Shown here piece after piece: positions 11,141-20,113 of a stretch of DNA of 64,000 nucleotides. Made by a program: the position numbers and the translations under genes. The notes under the pieces are model-generated. The model was given only the letters and a program-made list of their open reading frames with translations, did no database searches and was not told the DNA's origin. The stretch comes from an uncultured delta proteobacterium (GTDB taxonomy: Bacteria; Desulfobacterota; Syntrophia; Syntrophales; UBA2185), in the NCBI GenBank assembly GCA_963695875.1, contig CAVOID010000011.1, positions 160,001 to 224,000 on the forward strand, given 5' to 3'. Position 1 is the stretch's first letter. Every line of letters begins with the position of its first letter.

Positions 11141-12010
11141 ATGCTTTACAGCAAACCCCTTACAGAGGTCATCAGGCAGCGCTTTTCCTGCCGGACATAT
11201 TTTGAAAAGCCCATAGAAGAATATAAGAGGCAAAGGCTGACCGAGTTCATAACAGCGACCGGGACGGGGCCGCTTGGCACACCCGTGCGCATTAAACTTG
11301 TCGCCGCAACAGAACAGGATCGAAGCTCTCTGAAAGGCCTGGGGACATACGGAATTATCAGAGGTGCAACGGGGTTTATCATAGGGGCAGTGAGGCAGTC
11401 CAAAAATAACCTGGAAGACTATGGCTATTTGATGGAACGTATTATTCTGTATGCGACAGATATCGGACTGGGCACGTGTTGGCTCGGAGGAACTTTCACC
11501 AGGAGCCGCTTTGCAAAGAAGATTTCAGCGGCGGGTGGAGAGACTGTCCCTGCTGTAGCATCCATAGGGTACATTGCAGAAGGGGGCCGATCCGTGATCA
11601 CAATGCGTAAGCTTGTGGGTGCACACAACCGGCAGCCCTGGGAGAACATGTTCTTCCGGGATAAATTCGGCAAGCCTCTTTCTACTGACGATGCAGGGGC
11701 GTATGCAGTCCCACTCGAAATGGTGCGCATAGGGCCATCGGCGACAAACAAGCAGCCGTGGCGAATCATCAAGGATGGGAATACCTGGCACTTTTACCTG
11801 CAGCGAACCAAAGGGTACGGCAACAGCTTCACCTTCAAACTCTTGCGATTGGCCGATTTGCAGCGTGTGGACATGGGGATTGCCATGAGTCACTTTGAGC
11901 TCACGGCCAATGAGACCGGCCTTAAAGGCAAATGGAACGTCAGGGAACCACAGGTCAAAAAGCCGGACAGTCTGACTGAATATATCGTAAGCTGGGTAGG
12001 CAAAGGATAA
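11141..12010 (+). CDS. Nitroreductase family protein
   Basis: IRQRFSCRTY, GLGTCWLGGTF, PSATNKQPWR, DMGIAMSHFEL. Confidence 0.9.
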   Translation: MLYSKPLTEVIRQRFSCRTYFEKPIEEYKRQRLTEFITATGTGPLGTPVRIKLVAATEQDRSSLKGLGTYGIIRGATGFIIGAVRQSKNNLEDYGYLMERIILYATDIGLGTCWLGGTFTRSRFAKKISAAGGETVPAVASIGYIAEGGRSVITMRKLVGAHNRQPWENMFFRDKFGKPLSTDDAGAYAVPLEMVRIGPSATNKQPWRIIKDGNTWHFYLQRTKGYGNSFTFKLLRLADLQRVDMGIAMSHFELTANETGLKGKWNVREPQVKKPDSLTEYIVSWVGKG

Positions 12011-12038
12011 AATAGGGACATCCGTCCCTATTTTATCC
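12005..12038. terminator. Bidirectional terminator-like hairpin between convergent genes
   Basis: Perfect 15 bp inverted repeat GGATAAAATAGGGAC / GTCCCTATTTTATCC with a 4 nt loop. Confidence 0.7.
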
Positions 12039-12068
12039 CGTGTGCAGCGTCTTTTCTCTAACTCGTGT

Positions 12069-12572
12069 TTAGAATCGGATTTCCCCATCGCTGCATAATT
12101 TGGGGTCTGTGCTTTCCGGTGGTTCCTCTCCGGTAGGCACCACGGTCAATACCGGGCACGTGGCAAATTTCACCACCCGGTCAGCGGTACTGCCGAGGAC
12201 CACTTTCGCGCCGGCTTCTTTCCGGCTATTTGTTGCGATAACGATTAACCCTATATTATTTTCCTCTTGAAATTTCACAATCTCTTCAGAGGGCTCTCCC
12301 GTTAACAAACGGTATTCGACATTCTTGTAGCCGCCAAGTCCTAACGTGCAGCAGCTTTGCAGCTCCTGCTTGGACTTCTCTTCCATGGTCTTTTTGAGCT
12401 CGGTTAGATTAACTTTCGGGGCATACCATCTAGTTAGTTTCCCCACGTCCTGTATTACGTGGACCACATATAATTTTGTTCCATACCGCGAGGCCAGGTC
12501 CGCGGCATATGCTGCTGCATGCTTAGAACCTGTTAAAAAATCTGTCGCAAAGAGAATATTCTTGATTTCCAT
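12069..12572 (-). CDS. Universal stress protein
   Basis: ILFATDF, LGSTADRVVKFATCPVLTV. Confidence 0.92.
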   Translation of the reverse strand: MEIKNILFATDFLTGSKHAAAYAADLASRYGTKLYVVHVIQDVGKLTRWYAPKVNLTELKKTMEEKSKQELQSCCTLGLGGYKNVEYRLLTGEPSEEIVKFQEENNIGLIVIATNSRKEAGAKVVLGSTADRVVKFATCPVLTVVPTGEEPPESTDPKLCSDGEIRF

Positions 12573-12601
12573 AACACCTCCTTGTTGTTAGTATTCCATT
12601 C

Positions 12602-14413
12602 TTATTCTTCTACGACCTCGAGAACAAGATCACCGTATGGATCTTTAACCGGTATCCGGATCTGAAGAAGATCAAAACAACGCTTAGCTGCTGCAACAAA
12701 TATTATCAGAACCAATACCATGACGATGACCGAGAGAGTAGCAAGGAGATAATTTTGCTTCGGAAGATAATTGAGTGTGATATTCAGGTATCCGGCATAC
12801 AAAGTCGTAACGGCCATGATAATACCGGGAACGGCGGTCATCCAGACATACTTCAATTTCCCCATCCTGATCAGCATGATTGTTCCGATGATCAGGGCGC
12901 AGGAGGCGAGGAGCTGGTTGCTCATGCCGAACAGCGGCCAGATCGTCGTGATGTCTCCGGTATACACGAGATAACCCCAGGCGCCTGTGAAAAGGAAACT
13001 GGTTATGATGATGCCCGGCATCCAGCGTTTTTCCAAAAACTTCGGAATGACCTTCCCGACCATTTCCTGGAGGAAAAACCTGCCGACTCTTGTGCCCGTG
13101 TCTACAGCGGTCAAAATAAACACTGCTTCAAACATTATGGCGAAGTGGTACCAGTACGACATTAATCCCTTCATGAAAGGGACAGATGCAAAGATATACG
13201 CCATGCCCACGGCAAGGGAGACCGCGCCGCCCGGCCGGCCCTGAATCTTTTCCTGGACCTGAAAGGCAAGATCCGGAAGGTTAACCGGAACCATGCCCAG
13301 TTTCTGGTAAGCTGCCGGAGCCGCGTTGATGGCGAAATAATCTGCGGGAAGTAGAACACAGGCGGAAACGAGGGCCATGATGGCCACAAATCCTTCAACG
13401 AGCATCGCTCCGTAGCCGATAAATAGAACATCCCGTTCACTTCCGATCATCTTCGGGGTTGTTCCTGATCCAATGATCGCGTGGAAGCCGGATAGTGCAC
13501 CGCAGGCGATGGTGATCATGACAAAGGGATACACCGGGCCGGGAATTATCGGGCCGCCGCCATAAATAAAGGGTGTAAGAGCAGCCATCTGGAAATCAGG
13601 ACGGACAATGAAAATTCCTATGGCAAGCATCGCGATGGTCCCTATTTTAAGGTACGTAGAGAGATAATCACGGGGGCATAGCAGCATCCAGACGGGAAGG
13701 ACCGAAGCAAGGAATCCGTATATGGGTATAAAAACGGATATCTGTTTTTTCGAGAGGGTGAATATCGGAGACCAGGTGGGACTTGCCGCGACATATGGTC
13801 CGACAATGATCGCTATGGCAAGAAGGCCAACACCTATAATGCTCCCCCCCTTAACGTCTCCGGGGCGTATTTTATACATCCAAATACCCATCAGAAAGGC
13901 GATCGGCAGTGTGGAAAAAACAGTAAAAGTTCCCCAGGCGCTTTCAAACATGGCATTGACGACTGCGATGGAAAGGCCGGCGAGGGTCAAGATGAGGATA
14001 AAAAGAAACGCAAAGGAAGCGACCGTTCCCGCGGTTTTTCCAATCTCACTTTCCGCAATTTTCGCGAGACTCTGTCCCTTATGTCTGACGGAAGCAAAGA
14101 GCACAACCATGTCATGCACTGCTCCTGCCAGAACGCAACCTATAATGATCCACAGCGCCCCCGGCAAAAAGCCAAACTGTGCGGCCAGCACCGGGCCCAG
14201 CAGTGGCCCCGCAGCAGCGATTGCGGCAAAGTGATGACCAAATAAGACATACTTGTTGGTTTTGACATAATCGTGACCATCGGCCATTTTAACGGCAGGT
14301 GTCGCCCGTTCCGCTTTCAATTCCAACACCTTGTTGGCGATGAAAAGGCCGTAAAACCTGTACGCGATCGCAAAAACGCACAATGAAACAAACACTAACG
14401 TTAACGCGTTCAT
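12602..14413 (-). CDS. cstA: CstA/BtsT family transporter
   Basis: LFGHHFAAIAAAGPLLGP, CPRDYLSTYLK, IACGALSGFH, IWPLFGMSNQLLA. Confidence 0.95.
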   Translation of the reverse strand: MNALTLVFVSLCVFAIAYRFYGLFIANKVLELKAERATPAVKMADGHDYVKTNKYVLFGHHFAAIAAAGPLLGPVLAAQFGFLPGALWIIIGCVLAGAVHDMVVLFASVRHKGQSLAKIAESEIGKTAGTVASFAFLFILILTLAGLSIAVVNAMFESAWGTFTVFSTLPIAFLMGIWMYKIRPGDVKGGSIIGVGLLAIAIIVGPYVAASPTWSPIFTLSKKQISVFIPIYGFLASVLPVWMLLCPRDYLSTYLKIGTIAMLAIGIFIVRPDFQMAALTPFIYGGGPIIPGPVYPFVMITIACGALSGFHAIIGSGTTPKMIGSERDVLFIGYGAMLVEGFVAIMALVSACVLLPADYFAINAAPAAYQKLGMVPVNLPDLAFQVQEKIQGRPGGAVSLAVGMAYIFASVPFMKGLMSYWYHFAIMFEAVFILTAVDTGTRVGRFFLQEMVGKVIPKFLEKRWMPGIIITSFLFTGAWGYLVYTGDITTIWPLFGMSNQLLASCALIIGTIMLIRMGKLKYVWMTAVPGIIMAVTTLYAGYLNITLNYLPKQNYLLATLSVIVMVLVLIIFVAAAKRCFDLLQIRIPVKDPYGDLVLEVVEE

Positions 14414-14536
14414 TTAAGACCTCCTGACTCAATGTTTCAAAAAATTTGGTTTTAAAAATAAATTAAGTATGAATATAAACCTGTCAAGCGCGAATTAGTA
14501 TACCTTTTTATGAGATTATGCGCAACGGCGGACTTT

Positions 14537-14585
14537 CAAGCGGTCGAATAATGTTTTGAGCGGTTGATAACTAGGGTTAACCGGT
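14537..14585 (-). promoter_or_regulatory. Candidate BtsR/YehT (LytTR) operator upstream of cstA
   Basis: Minus-strand direct repeats ACCGGTTA-N13-ACCGCTCA-N12-ACCGCTTG resemble the E. coli YehT motif ACC[GA]CT[CT]A-N13. Confidence 0.65.
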
Positions 14586-14727
14586 TGGAGAAATATCTTA
14601 AGGTGTCCCTGCTCATTCTCTGTTTTTCGCATGCGAATATTCTTTCATGGATGACAAAGAAAATTCTTATAATGCACAAGACTGAGCGCCGCCACCTTAA
14701 CTTATATCAAGAGAGGCGCCAATGAGA

Positions 14728-15429
14728 TTATTGAAGTTCCAGGACTCTCCTGACTTCGCTTCCAGCCTTTGAGAATTCTTCCTGAAAATTGGGGTTTTGC
14801 ATCATGATTGCCGCAATGACCGTCCCGGAGATACGTCCTGCTTCGATATCACTTCGATAATGCACCCCACCTACCATGCGATGATAGCTGTATTGGGCTG
14901 CCCGGGCAAATATTTCTGCCTTTTTTTCAGGGACCATGTTTGCCAGAACAATTCCGCTTAAGTATCCATAGGTTGCATGTCCACTGGGATATGCCCCGCT
15001 CCTGGATTGCCTTACACAGGGCTTGATTTTCTGGCTGAGCATAAACGGGCGAGGCCTGTTCCAGGTATCCTTTGCGAGACTAACAATAGAGCCTTCATCC
15101 TGTCCCAGACGTTCGAAAAATTTTGCCGCAACCGGCAGATTCTCCGGTCTGAATCCGGGTCCCAGAACATCACCGGCGACCTGAAAGATCGTCATTTTGA
15201 CATCATCGTTAGCGGCGGCCTCCTCCTGACATGTACGTTTCTCCTGTATCCGGATGAGTTCTTGAATTTCGGCCTGCGTCTGAGGTGAATCATTTGCTGG
15301 GGAAGGTGCGAGTATCTTTACGAGATCCACCTGGTCCGGTGAAATGAAATTACCTCTTTCCGCCAGTGCTGGAGAGAACAAAAATCCGAACAAGACGGCA
15401 ATGACTAGAATTGGCTTGAAACGTCTCAT
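14728..15429 (-). CDS. Class A acid phosphatase (PAP2 family)
   Basis: Signal peptide; KDTWNRPRP, YPSGH, RMVGGVHYRSD. Confidence 0.92.
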   Translation of the reverse strand: MRRFKPILVIAVLFGFLFSPALAERGNFISPDQVDLVKILAPSPANDSPQTQAEIQELIRIQEKRTCQEEAAANDDVKMTIFQVAGDVLGPGFRPENLPVAAKFFERLGQDEGSIVSLAKDTWNRPRPFMLSQKIKPCVRQSRSGAYPSGHATYGYLSGIVLANMVPEKKAEIFARAAQYSYHRMVGGVHYRSDIEAGRISGTVIAAIMMQNPNFQEEFSKAGSEVRRVLELQ

Positions 15430-15527
15430 GGGCTTTTCTCCTTAAAAATACCTCTAAGCGCCTCAGAAATGCAAACCCGCTCAGTACTTCAATTTTTTCA
15501 GGGTTTTTTCTATGAATAATCCGTGGA

Positions 15528-16298
15528 CTAAATCACCTTCGCCTCTTCTCTAAGCAGTCTAGCAAGCTCTCTGACCTTGGTCGCCGGGTCATCACCGCCG
15601 ACAATCTTTCCCGGAGACCTGACCGGAGGAGGCGATGTCTTAGTGACTTTCGCTTTCACTTCTATAGAAATTCCTAATCCTGCGGCGTTCTTGACATCAA
15701 CGGGCTTCTTCCTGGCTTTAAGAATTCCCGGAAGTGACGCATAGCGCGGTTCATTCAACCCCTTCTGGGTTGTTACCAAACACGGCAAGGAACTCTCTAT
15801 AAGAAGCTGGGCGCCTTCGATGGGCCTTATCACCTTGATGGAATTGCCTTCCACATCGACCTTTGTAACAACCGTCATCTGTGGGATACCCAAAAGCTCG
15901 GCAAGGACCGCTCCGACCTGACCGGAGTCGTCATCAATGGCCCGCTGCCCGCATAAGATGATATCGTAGGGGATAGATTTAATGGCAGCGGCCAAAGCTG
16001 CTGCCGTCACGTAAGCATCTGCATTATCAAAGACCGGGTCATTGATAAATATCCCTCTATCGGCTCCCATGGCCAGTGCTATTCTGACGGTCTCCAGTGA
16101 CCTTGCCGGACCCAGTGAAACGATCGTGACTTCTCCACCAAATTTTTCTTTCAGTCTCAAGGCTTCTTCAACACCGAACTCGTCATAGGGATTCATAACC
16201 CATTCAATACCGGCTTGCTCGATCCCCGATCCGTCAGGCTTCACCTTGATCGTAGTATCGGTGTTCGGGACCTGTTTTACACAAACAATAATATTCAC
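15528..16298 (-). CDS. etfB: Electron transfer flavoprotein beta subunit
   Basis: IIVCVKQVP, NPYDEFGVEEAL, GQRAIDDDSGQVG, NEPRYASLPGI. Confidence 0.95.
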   Translation of the reverse strand: MNIIVCVKQVPNTDTTIKVKPDGSGIEQAGIEWVMNPYDEFGVEEALRLKEKFGGEVTIVSLGPARSLETVRIALAMGADRGIFINDPVFDNADAYVTAAALAAAIKSIPYDIILCGQRAIDDDSGQVGAVLAELLGIPQMTVVTKVDVEGNSIKVIRPIEGAQLLIESSLPCLVTTQKGLNEPRYASLPGILKARKKPVDVKNAAGLGISIEVKAKVTKTSPPPVRSPGKIVGGDDPATKVRELARLLREEAKVI

Positions 16299-16460
16299 AT
16301 CTTTCTCCTTCCTAATCTAGAAAAAACCGACAAGGCATTGCATACAACATTATGCAGCCTTATGCTTCCAAAATCATTCTCTCCCGCGCTTAAATATGCA
16401 TCTGAAATATGGCACGGAGTTGAAAAATTATTCCATCTCAAGCATTTAAAAAAGTACGTC

Positions 16461-18173
16461 TCACGGCGAACTGAAATGTGCCCCTTTTGGTTCACCCAAA
16501 TAAATCTTCACTTTATCCCTTATCCAGTCCGGCAGCTTGATCCCCAGGGAAGACAGTCGCTGCTCGTATTTCATGAACGATCCTATGTGCCGGGAGGTCG
16601 CAGCAATTATTTTAAAAAATGCCTGGAGGCTCCCCTCAACTTCCTTGCGGAACGTCATATCCCTGTTAAGCATATCTTCTGTCGGTGCGATTGCCCGGTA
16701 GTTTATGGGACGGCATATAGACCTGTAAAACACGAAACGCAGTAAAGAATCACTCTCGTAATTTTTCTCCCTTATGCCGTCTTCAACACGGTTAAGATCC
16801 ACATAGTCGAGGATGTGGTAGGCATATTTATCCTTGAGTATCTCCCTGATCATCTCCTCGGCATTTGTCAGATAAGTGCAAGCCTCGCTCCCGCCGACAC
16901 ATTTTCCGCGGCACACCAAGCGGTTGTCTTCACACCGCAAGTAGAGTACCATGTCAATGTCCGACCCCGACATGGATATGCCGAAATTCACAGAACCCAT
17001 AACATCCATGGCAATATCGGCGTGAAGTTTATCTTCGATCAGATCAGTTACATCTTCCAGAACGTGAAGCCTTTCCTCCGTTTCCGGAGTCTGGAACGAC
17101 CTGTAAAACTTTTTAATCTCGTTGTACAACGTAATTTCAGGGATGTGTGATTCTTTGGCAACTTTTAGATCATAGCTCTTCCCTTTCTTCAGCGCATCGT
17201 ATCTGTCGGGGTCCAGGATTTTTTCAACCAGCTTGCCCTCCTTGATAGAATAGTCGGCTACATCATAAATTCTCCCGTCATAGAATTTCTTGAATATTAT
17301 TCCCTGAACCTTCTGATCCTCGACACTGATGAAATAATAGAATCCTCCCTCTGTTACATCCCCCGATATCAATGTTATCTCTCCGAAATTCGACGGGTTA
17401 AGGAACAGGGTGCCTTCGTCAAGCTTGGCCCCCCAGTGTCGATGGACATGGCCTGTAAGACACATCAATACTGAGTTATCTTCACAGTAAGTTCTAAGCG
17501 CCATAGATCCGATAGGGCCGCCTGAAGTCAATTGATCATGTATTCCGTATGCGGGCTGATGTGTTACGATGATATGAGGATCTATGGCACGGAAGAAGTG
17601 GTACATCTCGTTGTCCCTGTCATGATGCCTCGTCCTTTCCTGCGAGTGAACGACATATCTCTCGGGTATTCCAGGCGTCCAGATATCAGCACCCCCATAG
17701 CCGCAAATTCGTAAATCCTCCACCTGATACCAGTGCAGATGCAGGTCCTGTTCATGCAAAGCCGTATATTTAAGATCCATGTCGTAATTCCCGGGAAGAC
17801 AGAATACGCGTGACCGCTGTTTCGTCACTACCATGCTGCCCAGTACCCTGTACTTCTGCTGCATGACCCTGCGGGCCCTGACCGTGTAAGCCTGGTATTG
17901 AGTCCCCAGTCCCTGTATCTCATCGGAAACGTCGGGCTTTTCCAAAAGCTCATCGACAAAATCTTCAATAAGCATATCTTCCTTCAACATCTGCCTCCTT
18001 AAGCCATGGAAATACGATTGCAGCTCGTGGTATCGTATTGAGGTATTCATGCTGTAGAAGGGGATATCTATCAGATCACCGGAAATGATATACACGTCGG
18101 CAAATGTTTCGTGCAGGAGATCATTCAACTTGTCGAAGTCTCCGTGGATATCAGCCAGATAAATGATTCTCAT
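16461..18173 (-). CDS. Calcineurin-like metallophosphoesterase fused to a C-terminal nucleotidyltransferase-like domain
   Basis: DIHG, SGDL, PGNYD, THQP, GHVH; C-terminal VMGSVNFGISMSGSDIDMV. Confidence 0.82.
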   Translation of the reverse strand: MRIIYLADIHGDFDKLNDLLHETFADVYIISGDLIDIPFYSMNTSIRYHELQSYFHGLRRQMLKEDMLIEDFVDELLEKPDVSDEIQGLGTQYQAYTVRARRVMQQKYRVLGSMVVTKQRSRVFCLPGNYDMDLKYTALHEQDLHLHWYQVEDLRICGYGGADIWTPGIPERYVVHSQERTRHHDRDNEMYHFFRAIDPHIIVTHQPAYGIHDQLTSGGPIGSMALRTYCEDNSVLMCLTGHVHRHWGAKLDEGTLFLNPSNFGEITLISGDVTEGGFYYFISVEDQKVQGIIFKKFYDGRIYDVADYSIKEGKLVEKILDPDRYDALKKGKSYDLKVAKESHIPEITLYNEIKKFYRSFQTPETEERLHVLEDVTDLIEDKLHADIAMDVMGSVNFGISMSGSDIDMVLYLRCEDNRLVCRGKCVGGSEACTYLTNAEEMIREILKDKYAYHILDYVDLNRVEDGIREKNYESDSLLRFVFYRSICRPINYRAIAPTEDMLNRDMTFRKEVEGSLQAFFKIIAATSRHIGSFMKYEQRLSSLGIKLPDWIRDKVKIYLGEPKGAHFSSP

Positions 18174-18445
18174 AAATTATTTTTCTTCGCTTATCCTTTA
18201 GACATCTCGGTATTTTGATTACAGATTCAAATGTTGCATGGATTGGCTGAACAGAAAAACCGATATTACGGGACGTCATTCTTCGGCGCTGCTTGCTCAA
18301 ATTTTCCTACGCCCACACCATGATAATAAAAGATACCACCCGGACTTGATCAGGAACATGTATAGATTACGATTCGAAACATCATATAAGCCTTTCACGA
18401 TTCGGATGGCTTGCATGCTTCGGGAATCTTATCCAAATCCGGGGA

Positions 18446-18754
18446 TTATGGTTGCCTACCAACGGGATTGCCGGAATCCCACTTTGCACTGAAGTCTCCA
18501 ATAGGCCTTACAAAGGTATATTTACAAGGTGATACCACAAGTGCCTGGGCCGTAGTGCCAACACTCCTGCTGGATACAGCAATGGGTAATGCGACAATGA
18601 ATACTGCCGCGCCGACCACAATGGCAGCCAGACCCGCAGGTCTCACGATCAGCACATCCATGGTTATCTCCATATCCTGATCATGTCCGAAAGCGGGTGC
18701 TGAAGAAATTATGAGAGTGATGGTAATAAGCATCGCTACAGCTATTTTCTTCAT
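18446..18754 (-). CDS. Small exported/membrane hypothetical protein
   Basis: RBS AGGAGG before MKKIAVAML; DVLIVRPAG...YTFVRPIG pattern. Confidence 0.7.
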   Translation of the reverse strand: MKKIAVAMLITITLIISSAPAFGHDQDMEITMDVLIVRPAGLAAIVVGAAVFIVALPIAVSSRSVGTTAQALVVSPCKYTFVRPIGDFSAKWDSGNPVGRQP

Positions 18755-19164
18755 GGAATTAACCTCCTTGACGATCTTTCGAGGGTTTATTTTAACGCCT
18801 TCCATTTGCATGAAATACAACAATTATTAATCAAACATATCCCCATCTGCTTTTTTACAAATCAGGGATGTTTATTAATATGATACATGTTTATTGAATT
18901 TATTACAATACCGTAAAACTGATAACTCTGCTTTACACCTTCGACGTTCCCTGATAAATAGTTAACCTGCGGATGGCAGCCAATTTCCCCGAAAAATTTG
19001 CAGACTGAAAAATTTAATATATCTATTTGAAATGACGATAATAGATAATATAAACGTCCGGTTCCTATCCTTGGACTGAAATGCCGGCAATTTAGATAAG
19101 AATATTTTTTCTGACATAATATTTATGATATGTTTGGTTTAGTAATAATCTGAGGAGGCCCTGA

Positions 19165-19530
19165 ATGAAACTGCTGGTCGTGGATGACGACCCGGGTATT
19201 GTGGATATACTGTCTATATCGCTCAAGGAATCCGGCTATGAAGTGGATTATGCGCATGACGGGATAGAGGCTGTTGAGCGGCTTCGGAATAATTCATACG
19301 ACGTTGCTATCATAGATGCCATAATGCCTAAAATGAACGGCACGGAAGTCTGCAAATTCGTGAAGTCGCTATCTCCCAATACTTACATCATCGGTATAAG
19401 CGGCTACCCTGACTCCCTGAAAAAGCTTAAGAATGAAGGCGCCGATATCTGCTTCACCAAGCCTTTCAGTATTGAACAAATTAAGAGAGCCATAAAAAAT
19501 AAATTTCATTCATCCCAGCCCGAATCTTGA
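19165..19530 (+). CDS. Single-domain response regulator
   Basis: LVVDDD, IIDAIMPKMNG, KPF. Confidence 0.92.
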   Translation: MKLLVVDDDPGIVDILSISLKESGYEVDYAHDGIEAVERLRNNSYDVAIIDAIMPKMNGTEVCKFVKSLSPNTYIIGISGYPDSLKKLKNEGADICFTKPFSIEQIKRAIKNKFHSSQPES

Positions 19531-19667
19531 TTCCCCTGTATTGTACAGATCGGACGGGCTTCCGGGTAGTTTCGCCTTTTCATTTTCTACCCACGCCACG
19601 CGGATCTCGATTACTACCGGATACCTCTCTATAGAATTGTCCGAGCTGTGTCTCGTTTTCATGGTCA

Positions 19668-19976
19668 TTATAGTGGTTCGAGAATGCGAACCTTCAGAAC
19701 TTTCACAGCAGATTTTGTAGCTTCACGATAAGTCCTCATGTGATGAGTCTTGAGATGATCCTTTAGGGCCCGGATATCCGTCCACCGTTCCATAATGGTT
19801 ACAACATTTTGATTCACTGGTTCTTGGACAGGTATATCAGTGACAACATCGGTCGCTGGGCCATATTCAAGACAACCGACTTCGGCGCGTACATCAGGAA
19901 TCACTTTCCCCAATTCCCTTAGATACTCTCCCCGTTTTCCTTCAACCAACTCTACAGTGGCAATCACATAAATCAT
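19668..19976 (-). CDS. ABM-domain putative quinol monooxygenase
   Basis: VRAEVGCLEY, ERW, HLKTHHM. Confidence 0.88.
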   Translation of the reverse strand: MIYVIATVELVEGKRGEYLRELGKVIPDVRAEVGCLEYGPATDVVTDIPVQEPVNQNVVTIMERWTDIRALKDHLKTHHMRTYREATKSAVKVLKVRILEPL

Positions 19977-20113
19977 GATGCCCCTCCTTTCTGAGCTTCA
20001 TTATAGCTCATTCTGTTTAAAATACACCCTGTAAGGTGTCGTCCATCTCGTTTATTCGGAAATATGACTGTCCGAACATGTTTCCTTCAGATGTTTCTTT
20101 ATTGGAGAGTATC

